A stretch of 53,242 bases of DNA from the sequence record KY608966. One strand, 5' to 3'. Numbering within the stretch: the first letter of the stretch is position 1; each line of letters begins with the position of its first letter. The position numbers and the translations under genes were made by a program. The notes beneath the pieces are model-generated. The model saw nothing but the letters and a program-made list of their open reading frames with translations. It did no database searches and was not told the DNA's origin. Below, piece after piece: positions 7,777-15,500 of the stretch. The DNA is from Escherichia phage CF2.

Positions 7777-8067
7777 ATGGCAAAACCGAAAAAAACCCGT
7801 GAGGCAACAGAAGAGCTGTTGGCCACTATGCGACGTATCCAACTGGACCCGTTGGAAGTTATGCAACGAGCTATCATCCTTGCTGAACGTGAAGACGACT
7901 ATAAAGCAATGATGGATGGTGCGCTTGGTGTTATGCCGTACATGTATCCTAAGCTGAAAGAGTCCGTTGTTAAAGCTGACATCGACCAGAACTTGTCTGG
8001 TAACGGCGTCAACCTGAATATTACAATCGGTGACCAGAAAGTGGTAGACGTTACTGAGGAAGAGTAA
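7777..8067 (+). CDS. Putative terminase small subunit
   Basis: 96-aa ORF immediately upstream of the large terminase; assignment is positional. Confidence 0.4.
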   Translation: MAKPKKTREATEELLATMRRIQLDPLEVMQRAIILAEREDDYKAMMDGALGVMPYMYPKLKESVVKADIDQNLSGNGVNLNITIGDQKVVDVTEEE

Positions 8068-8070
8068 TAA

Positions 8071-9519
8071 ATGAACCTTGACTTTCACCTGCATGACAGA
8101 CAAGGTGCCGCTCTGCAGTCTCAGGCAACTGAGATTCTGTACGGTGGCGCCGCTGGTGGTGGTAAGTCTCACCTTATGCGTGTAATGTCAATTATCATGT
8201 GCTGCATGATACCTGACTTGCAGATTTACCTTTTCCGCCGAAACTATAACGACCTTACGGCTAACCACATGGTTGGCCCCACAAGTTATCCTGCCTTGCT
8301 GGATGGTATGTGCAAAGCTGGCAAGTGCAAGATTAACTACTCGAGCAACACGATTAAATTCTGGAACGGTGCGAACATCAAACTCTGTCACCTCCAGTAC
8401 GAAAAAGATATTTATACCTACCAGGGTGCGGAGATTCACGTTCTGCTGATGGATGAGCTTACTCACTTCACAGAAACGATGTACCGCTTCTTGCGTAACC
8501 GTGTCCGACTCGGTGCTCTTAAAGTCCCTGAGAACTTTTTCCGGCCACTACCACTCATCTTTTGTGGGTCAAACCCCGGTGGTGTTGGTCACAACTGGGT
8601 TAAGCGTACTTTCGTAACTGCTGCTCCTCCGATGAAAATCGTTAAGCAGGATAAACGCGAAGGCGGTATGGCTCGTCAGTACATTCCGGCTAAGATGACT
8701 GATAACCCTACGCTGATGGAAAACGACCCTGACTACGGTGACCGTCTTGAAGGTCTTGGCGACCCGGCGCTTGTTGCGGCGATGAAAGAGGGTGACTGGG
8801 ATATTGTTGCAGGTGGTGCACTAGACGACGTATGGTCAACTAAGTGCATTCTGCCGCGTATGCGTATTCCTAAAGGCTGGACTATCGAACGTTCTCTTGA
8901 CTGGGGATCTACTCACCCGTTCTCTGTTGGTATCTGGGCTATTGCAAATGGTGCCTCGCTTACAGACGACGAAGGCAATGAGTACTTTATTCCGCGTGGT
9001 TCAATTATACGTATAGCTGAATGGTATGGGTGCTCTGAAAAAGAAGCTAACAGGGGTATTAAGCTATCTGCTGCCGAAGTCGCTCAAGGTGTTCTTCGCC
9101 TACAGGAAAATCTGCAGGCTGGTGGCTGGATTCAAAGCAACGTTAATCCTGGTCCGGCAGATAGTCAGATTTATGCGTGCAAAGAAAAAGACGTTGAGAC
9201 TATCGCGAAAAAAATGGAAGACGAAGGCGTAACCTGGGTCAAGGCCGACAAGTCGCAAGGTTCGAGAATAAATGGCTTAGAGCTATTCCGTCAGCTTCTG
9301 AAAAATGTTAAGATGGACGAAACGGAAAAGCCGGGCATTTATTTCATGGAAAACTGTCCAGCAGCCATAAACACGTTGCCGGTTCTGCCGCGTGACAAGA
9401 ACAACACGGAAGATGTCGACACGAACTCTGAAGACCACGTATACGATGATTGTCGTTACATGGTGTTGCGTGGCATCAACCGTTATACTACCAAGCTCAA
9501 AATAAATATGGGACGGTAA
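8071..9519 (+). CDS. terL: Terminase large subunit
   Basis: 482 aa; Walker A GGAAGGGKS near N-terminus; position before portal. Confidence 0.85.
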   Translation: MNLDFHLHDRQGAALQSQATEILYGGAAGGGKSHLMRVMSIIMCCMIPDLQIYLFRRNYNDLTANHMVGPTSYPALLDGMCKAGKCKINYSSNTIKFWNGANIKLCHLQYEKDIYTYQGAEIHVLLMDELTHFTETMYRFLRNRVRLGALKVPENFFRPLPLIFCGSNPGGVGHNWVKRTFVTAAPPMKIVKQDKREGGMARQYIPAKMTDNPTLMENDPDYGDRLEGLGDPALVAAMKEGDWDIVAGGALDDVWSTKCILPRMRIPKGWTIERSLDWGSTHPFSVGIWAIANGASLTDDEGNEYFIPRGSIIRIAEWYGCSEKEANRGIKLSAAEVAQGVLRLQENLQAGGWIQSNVNPGPADSQIYACKEKDVETIAKKMEDEGVTWVKADKSQGSRINGLELFRQLLKNVKMDETEKPGIYFMENCPAAINTLPVLPRDKNNTEDVDTNSEDHVYDDCRYMVLRGINRYTTKLKINMGR

Positions 9520-9520
9520 A

Positions 9521-11083
9521 ATGTCGATAACCCCAAGCAGCACGCCGAACGTCGGATACCAGCGTCCTGAGCTGACTAAGAACGCTGGTAAGTACCGAAT
9601 GATTAAGGACTGCATCGAGGGTCAGGAAGCTGTTAAAGCACGCGGTGATTTCTACTTGCCCCGTCCTGACCCTACGAACTGCACAGAAGAAAACATGATG
9701 CGGTACAATTCGTACTTGCGTCGCGCTGTGTTCTACAACGTACTACAGCGAACTCTTTCGGGTATGACTGGTCTGGTATTCCAGCAGCAGCCTGAGATGT
9801 TGATGCCTGACGATATGGAAGTGCTGAAAGTAAATATCGACGGCGCAGGCATTGGCGCTATTCAGCAAATGCGTAAGTGCTTCAAGTCTGTTCTGGCTTT
9901 TGGTCGCGCAGGTCTGCTGACTGACTTCCCTAAAGCACGTATCGGTGAGTTTGGCGAGTCCATTGGCTTTACCCGTAAAGAGCTGATGGACGGAGATGTA
10001 CAGCCGACTGTAACGCTGTATATGCCATGGCAGATTATAAACTGGCGGGAAGAGTATCGCAATGGTAAAGTGATGCTCACTCAAGTTGTCATTTGCGAAC
10101 AGATACCGGGGGTTACTGATGGCTTTCAGCAAGACTACACACCCGTGTGGCGTCACCTTTACCTGGATGAAGAAGGCAATTGCAACCAGTCTTTGTGGGT
10201 CAATAAGGGCGACAAGAATGCGCAGAACGTCTCCGGTGGTGCGTTGTATGTCACACAAGAAAATGTTGTCTTACGCGACTCCAATGGCTTACCGTTGAAG
10301 TTTATTCCGTTCCAGTTTATTGGTTCTGAAACAAACAGCGCTGAGATTGACCCTCCGCCGATGTACGACTTAGCTGTGCTTAATATTGCACACTACCGTA
10401 ACTCTGCTGACTACGAAGAGTCATGCTTCGTAACAGGTCAACCCACAGTATGGGCGTCTGGTCTTACTGAGGCATGGGTTGAAGATGTTCTGAAGGGTGA
10501 ACTGCGACTCGGTTCGTTTGGTGGTATTCCGCTGCCGGCTAACGCCGCTGTAGGTATTATTCAGACCAACCCTAACACCCAGCCGTTTGAAGCGATGAAG
10601 CAAAAAGAAGCGCAGATGATTGCAATCGGTGCTCGACTGATTCGTGAGAATGGTAAGGTAGAACGACGCGAAGTTGAGATTAAGAATGAAGCGGCGTCTG
10701 AAGCTTCGCTTATCGTAACTGTTGCGCAGAACGTTGAAGCTGCTTATCGTAAGGCAATCGAATGGTGTGGCCTGTTCTACGGACACCATAAAGAAGAAAT
10801 TACGATTAACCTCAGCTACAACTTTATCTATAGCCAGTTGACTTATCAAGAACGTCAGCAGCTGGTTAACGAATGGATTGCCGGTGCTATCACGTTTAGT
10901 GAGATGCGTAGCAATCTTAAACAGGCTGGCATTGCTAAGCTCACCGACGAAGAAGCCAAGAAGCTAATTGATGAAGAGCTGGCTGAACGCGATGCGCGTG
11001 AGGTAGCAAAAGAAGCAGAAAAGAACGCTCAAGCAGCTAAGAACAGCGATGGGCAGGAAAATAATCCAGAAAAAACTGAATAA
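9521..11083 (+). CDS. Portal protein
   Basis: 520 aa, directly after terL, acidic C-terminus; assignment by size and synteny. Confidence 0.75.
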   Translation: MSITPSSTPNVGYQRPELTKNAGKYRMIKDCIEGQEAVKARGDFYLPRPDPTNCTEENMMRYNSYLRRAVFYNVLQRTLSGMTGLVFQQQPEMLMPDDMEVLKVNIDGAGIGAIQQMRKCFKSVLAFGRAGLLTDFPKARIGEFGESIGFTRKELMDGDVQPTVTLYMPWQIINWREEYRNGKVMLTQVVICEQIPGVTDGFQQDYTPVWRHLYLDEEGNCNQSLWVNKGDKNAQNVSGGALYVTQENVVLRDSNGLPLKFIPFQFIGSETNSAEIDPPPMYDLAVLNIAHYRNSADYEESCFVTGQPTVWASGLTEAWVEDVLKGELRLGSFGGIPLPANAAVGIIQTNPNTQPFEAMKQKEAQMIAIGARLIRENGKVERREVEIKNEAASEASLIVTVAQNVEAAYRKAIEWCGLFYGHHKEEITINLSYNFIYSQLTYQERQQLVNEWIAGAITFSEMRSNLKQAGIAKLTDEEAKKLIDEELAERDAREVAKEAEKNAQAAKNSDGQENNPEKTE

Positions 11084-11088
11084 AGCTA

Positions 11089-11117
11089 TTTACTTTCGGT
11101 TTACCTGGCTATATAAT
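11089..11117 (+). promoter_or_regulatory. sigma70-type promoter (TTTACT-N17-TATAAT) before scaffold/capsid genes
   Basis: Hexamers at 11089-11094 and 11112-11117. Confidence 0.55.
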
Positions 11118-11260
11118 CCTTCATGTCAACCGCGCAACAGCCGGCCACGAGAGTCTGCAGGGCTCAGTGGATTTCGGATGGCTGGCTGCGCGGTTTGACC
11201 CAAACCTGTTCGGAGCCCACTTGAGTGGATTGAGCCCCTCTCATATAGGATTGTAAAATT

Positions 11261-11974
11261 ATGGCACTTAAAACAGTTGTAACTGACCTTAACGAAGTTG
11301 ATGAAGGCTTCCGTGGCCTGTATATCAAAGACGACGCGTCCGGTGCGTTTCGTTTGGATGTTGAACCAGACGAAAAAACGCTGAAAGAATTAGAAGACCT
11401 GCGCAAAGAAAAACAGCGTATGGAGCAGCACACCAAAAAACTTCTCGAAGAGAAGAAAAAAGAAGCTGAACGTGCTCGCCTCGCTGAAGAAGAACGCGCA
11501 CGTCGTGAGCGTGATGTTGAATCTCTTGAGCGTTCAATCAAAGAGAAGCATCAGGCTGAACTTGAACAGTATACCAGTCGTCAGGCACAGCTGCAAGCAC
11601 AGCTGGAAGCGCAGATGGTTGATAACATCGCGTTGAACCTGGCTAACCAACTCTCTGACACCCCGGCATTAATTATGCCACACATCAAGGCCCGACTGCG
11701 CGCTCAGGAAATTGATGGTAAGTGGCGTACTATCGTCGTGGATGTTATGGGTAACCCGACTGCTACAACGCCAGATGAGCTAGTGGAGCATATGCGCGCT
11801 GATAAGCAGTTTGCACCTCTTGTGCGTGGAACCAAGGCTGGCGGTGGCGGTGCCAACGGCGGCGGAGCTAATCCTGGTGGGAACGGCGGTGGCGAACAGC
11901 ACACTTTCGGGGGCGGGGATGACCGCATAGCACGTGCTCGTGCTAAAATCCAAAACACACAATGGGGCAAATAA
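11261..11974 (+). CDS. Putative scaffolding protein
   Basis: 237 aa, highly charged coiled-coil (EEKKKEAERARLAEEERARRER), Gly-rich tail; between portal and capsid. Confidence 0.55.
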   Translation: MALKTVVTDLNEVDEGFRGLYIKDDASGAFRLDVEPDEKTLKELEDLRKEKQRMEQHTKKLLEEKKKEAERARLAEEERARRERDVESLERSIKEKHQAELEQYTSRQAQLQAQLEAQMVDNIALNLANQLSDTPALIMPHIKARLRAQEIDGKWRTIVVDVMGNPTATTPDELVEHMRADKQFAPLVRGTKAGGGGANGGGANPGGNGGGEQHTFGGGDDRIARARAKIQNTQWGK

Positions 11975-11977
11975 GTT

Positions 11978-12955
11978 ATGTCACTGTATATTTTTAACGA
12001 ACAAGTACGTTCTACCGCCACCGAACTGGTCGACCAGGACGTACAGAAGTTCAACGAAGCTTCTGCAGGTACCCTTATCCTGGGTAACCAGTACGTAATT
12101 GGTGATTACGTTGAGCAGGCAATGTGGCAGCTGGTTGACGGCATCGCTACTCGCCGTAATGCTTACGCAGGCACCAACAAAGTTGATGCACAGACTCTGG
12201 GTCAGATTCTGGACCGCTCTGTTAAAATCGACGGCCGTGTTGGTCCTCTGAACATTACCGGTACCATGATGCGTCGCATCGGTGCAGGTGATACTGAACC
12301 AGCAGCTGTTGTTGCTGCACAGGCTTCTGCTGCAATGTTCCAGGATTACCTGAACACCACTGCTGCATGTCTGGTAGCTGCTATCGGTGCAAACGCTGAT
12401 GTTGTTCTGGACGTAACTTCAGGCTCCGGTGCTGCTGCAAACATCACCATGCAGAACCTGAACAAAGTCAACGCGAAGATGGGTGACCGTTCTCAGCAGA
12501 TTCGTGCGTACATCATGCACTCTACTGCGTTCCACTCCCTCATCGACCAGGCTATCAACAATACAGAACACCTGTTCCAGATTGGTGACCTGAACGTGTA
12601 CAAAGACTTCCTGGGTCGTCGTTATGTCGTTTCCGACATCCCAGCTCTGGTTGATGGCGCCGGTGCTTCCGCTAAGTACCGCACTCTGGGTCTGACCCCG
12701 TCTGCTGCAATCGTTCAGGTCGGCGGCCTGTACGATATGGTTACCTCCGAGCAAACCGGTGGTGAAAACATCCTGCGTCAGATGCAGGGTGAATACGACT
12801 TCAACGTGTCGCTGAAAGGCTACAGCTGGGTCGGTCACAAAGCTGGTCAGTCTCCGACTGATGAAGACCTGGCTGCTCAGGCGTCCTGGTCTAAAGTTGC
12901 GACTTCCAACAAAGACACCGCTGGTGTTATGCTGCTGGCTAAGTCTGCAATCTAA
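11978..12955 (+). CDS. Major capsid protein
   Basis: 325 aa, follows scaffold, followed by a strong terminator; synteny and composition only. Confidence 0.7.
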   Translation: MSLYIFNEQVRSTATELVDQDVQKFNEASAGTLILGNQYVIGDYVEQAMWQLVDGIATRRNAYAGTNKVDAQTLGQILDRSVKIDGRVGPLNITGTMMRRIGAGDTEPAAVVAAQASAAMFQDYLNTTAACLVAAIGANADVVLDVTSGSGAAANITMQNLNKVNAKMGDRSQQIRAYIMHSTAFHSLIDQAINNTEHLFQIGDLNVYKDFLGRRYVVSDIPALVDGAGASAKYRTLGLTPSAAIVQVGGLYDMVTSEQTGGENILRQMQGEYDFNVSLKGYSWVGHKAGQSPTDEDLAAQASWSKVATSNKDTAGVMLLAKSAI

Positions 12956-12975
12956 CCCACAAACGGGACTAACAA

Positions 12976-13008
12976 AAGGCGAGCTGACGAGCTCGCCTTT
13001 TTTTATTT
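12976..13008 (+). terminator. Rho-independent terminator after the capsid gene
   Basis: GGCGAGC/GCTCGCC stem followed by TTTTTTTTATTT. Confidence 0.7.
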
Positions 13009-13034
13009 ACACGTATAAAGTTCTGGTATATAAT
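13006..13034 (+). promoter_or_regulatory. Consensus sigma70 promoter (TTTACA-N17-TATAAT)
   Basis: Hexamers at 13006-13011 and 13029-13034, upstream of the gene at 13061. Confidence 0.6.
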
Positions 13035-13060
13035 CGGACTAAACTTGCTGGAGGCTTTCT

Positions 13061-13561
13061 ATGGCATACACACTTGTTGTGGAAGACGGTTCAATTGTTC
13101 CGGGTGCTAACTCGTATGTTAGCACTGCAGAAGTTGATGAGTTTATCACTAACGAAGGTATTCTCATTCAACCAGGAACTGACCCGTACTACCAAGCTGC
13201 CAAAGCAGCTATCCGACTTGATAACCAGTTTAACTGGCTAGGTCGTAAGGTCAGCAAAACACAGAGCATGGCTTGGCCCCGTACTGGCCTCGGTGCATGT
13301 AATGTTGACATCGCTGAGTCTGTAATTCCGCGAGAAGTTAAGCTGGCACAGCTTTATATGATGGCCAGTGTATTGAGCTACGACGGTGAAGAAGGTGTGC
13401 GTAGCGACCAGGCCTTGCGCCGTAAGAAAGTTGGTAACCTGGAGATTGAATACTTCGACTCCAAATCAGGCGTTACCGGTGCAACTGACCTTTGGACGTC
13501 AGACGTCAAGGCCATGCTCAAGCACCTTGTGGGTGCGTCCCTGAGAACGCGGAGAGTATAA
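13061..13561 (+). CDS. Putative head-tail adaptor / head completion protein
   Basis: 166 aa, first gene after capsid; positional. Confidence 0.4.
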   Translation: MAYTLVVEDGSIVPGANSYVSTAEVDEFITNEGILIQPGTDPYYQAAKAAIRLDNQFNWLGRKVSKTQSMAWPRTGLGACNVDIAESVIPREVKLAQLYMMASVLSYDGEEGVRSDQALRRKKVGNLEIEYFDSKSGVTGATDLWTSDVKAMLKHLVGASLRTRRV

Positions 13562-14049
13562 TGATTCGCATACGCCTTGAACGTCGCGACAAACAAAAGT
13601 TCGAGTTCACCTACCGTGCCTTTAAGTCGTTTGAAGGTCAAGGCGTATCAGTAGGTGTTCATCCAGAGCACAACATACGTATAAATCCCAGGGACCGTAT
13701 AACAAACGCCGAGCTAGCAATGGTGCATGAGTACGGTCTTAACGGTCTGCCAGAACGAAGCTTTCTTCGTAGTGCTGTTGGTGGCAGGGGTAAAGGCCGA
13801 CAGGCAATAAACAAAGCTTTCCGCGATAATGTACCTGCTGTTCTCAGAGGAAGCATGACTGCGCATGAGCTTAACGACAAAATAGGTCGTATGCTTGTTG
13901 ACGCTGTTCACGACAGAATGGACAGTGACGTGCCACCTCCTAACACCGAGCTGACAGAAGAACGCAAACGCGGGCCAGGTACGCTTAGAGAATCTATGCA
14001 GTTGTATGATTCGATAGGGTACAAAGTTGGCAGAAACTGGAGGCTATAA
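13560..14049 (+). CDS. Putative neck / head-tail joining protein
   Basis: ATG at 13560 overlaps upstream stop; ORF track 13492 start is upstream of that. Confidence 0.4.
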
Positions 14050-14426
14050 TGCTCAAGATAACTTCGCTAATGAAGGATAAAACCTTTGTAGCATTAACAG
14101 ATGTTCTTCTCCGAAATGATTCACGCTTACCAAACGGCGACTTCGAAGACGAATATACAGCTGCAAAGTATCTGTGTAACATTCAACCTGGTGCAGCTAC
14201 TAACCAGCCTAACCTGTTGACTAAAGACGATGGCGAGCATGAGTTCCCACGTATTGCGATATACTGTGGACAAGAACTAAAGCTCGGAGACTTCGTTATA
14301 TACGAAGACCAGCCATACCGTGTATTCCGTATCGACCCATGGAGTCGTCATGGCCACTACTACGTTACAGCAATTCTCCATAAAGGACCTCAGGGAGCTC
14401 GTTCAGAAGCTTTTAACATTACCTGA
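14049..14426 (+). CDS. Hypothetical virion protein (125 aa)
   Basis: ORF track; in the morphogenesis block. Confidence 0.5.
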   Translation: MLKITSLMKDKTFVALTDVLLRNDSRLPNGDFEDEYTAAKYLCNIQPGAATNQPNLLTKDDGEHEFPRIAIYCGQELKLGDFVIYEDQPYRVFRIDPWSRHGHYYVTAILHKGPQGARSEAFNIT

Positions 14427-14877
14427 CGGTGCATGCATTATTGGTGAAGAGTCTGGTACAGTTGATGGTACGCCGTATGTTTATCTGCGTCCTGGTGATG
14501 CTTATGACTTCGGACCTCCTAGAACCAGACAAGGCTCTGACGGCTTTGAGTACGTCAGCAAGCCAATGATGACAGCTGTACGTATTACAGCTGTCGGTAA
14601 GAATGCTGCTGAGCTAATGCGTAAGCTACACATAGCGCTGGGTAGTTCACCAGCTAAGCAGTTTAACCGTTTACGGCATTATGCAATAACCAAAATATCG
14701 AAGATTGATAATGTCGGTGGTGCTATTGGTGCAGGCTATGCTCAGAAGTCAATGCTGACTGTTGATATTAGCTATGTGCATAAAGTTAAAATTGAGCAAC
14801 CGTACATCTACAAGGTTGACATCACTTGTATGGATGACAACGGTAACAAAGCGACTGGTACAGTAGAGGAACCGTAA
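14350..14877 (+). CDS. Hypothetical virion protein (start uncertain: GTG 14320 or ATG 14350)
   Basis: ORF track 14320-14877; overlaps upstream gene by 76 nt if ATG 14350 is used. Confidence 0.45.
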   Translation: MATTTLQQFSIKDLRELVQKLLTLPDGACIIGEESGTVDGTPYVYLRPGDAYDFGPPRTRQGSDGFEYVSKPMMTAVRITAVGKNAAELMRKLHIALGSSPAKQFNRLRHYAITKISKIDNVGGAIGAGYAQKSMLTVDISYVHKVKIEQPYIYKVDITCMDDNGNKATGTVEEP

Positions 14878-15500
14878 TGGCAACTGAAGTAGACCCGGAA
14901 CTGCAAGCGCAGCTGGATAAGCTAACCACTGCTGTCCAGCTCATTCATGACTTCGGTATGTCAGGCGACCCAAACATCCCTAACCCGGAAGGCGGTGTCA
15001 TACGCACACTCGAAGGCATTAACGCTGCAATCAACGAAGCTATACCAAACTTTGAAAACGCTAACGAAGCTGCTATCCAGGCGCGTGCTGCTCGTGACGC
15101 GGCTATTGCAGCCAAAGAAGCTGCAGAAACGGCAGCTGAACAGGCCACAGTAGCTTCGACGTCAGCAATCTATGAGTACGGCAACGTTGCAAGTGCAGCT
15201 ACAGTGACTATACCAGCTGCGTCTAAAACAATTGTCAGCCTTACTCTTAACCAGCCAAACACCGTAATTAATATCGGTGGTGTATCTGACCCGTCTACTG
15301 TTGCGCGTCAGATTACTATTGCTATTAAGCAAGGCACTGGTTCTAACAAGGTGACTTCTTGGGATCCAAGAATAAAATGGGCCAACAACAGGAAGCCCGT
15401 TCTGTCATTCCTTGTGGGTTACACAGATGTTGTTACGTTGCTGACCTTTGACTCAGGCGCAACTTGGATGGGTTTCTTTAACGGTGGATGGATTAAATAA
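14877..15500 (+). CDS. Hypothetical structural protein with Ala-rich coiled-coil (207 aa)
   Basis: ORF track; SD AGAGGA upstream. Confidence 0.55.
   Translation: MATEVDPELQAQLDKLTTAVQLIHDFGMSGDPNIPNPEGGVIRTLEGINAAINEAIPNFENANEAAIQARAARDAAIAAKEAAETAAEQATVASTSAIYEYGNVASAATVTIPAASKTIVSLTLNQPNTVINIGGVSDPSTVARQITIAIKQGTGSNKVTSWDPRIKWANNRKPVLSFLVGYTDVVTLLTFDSGATWMGFFNGGWIK

Noticed and set aside
9743-10258. 171-aa minus-strand ORF inside the portal gene (similar antisense ORFs occur inside capsid, tape measure, BIG2 and polymerase genes)
   Set aside because: Embedded antisense or alternate-frame ORFs inside well-supported long genes, without start signals.
11164-11541. 125-aa Arg/Ser-rich minus-strand ORF
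   Set aside because: Antisense to the scaffold gene, whose GAA/AAG-rich repeats give an open Ser/Arg-rich complementary frame; no start context.
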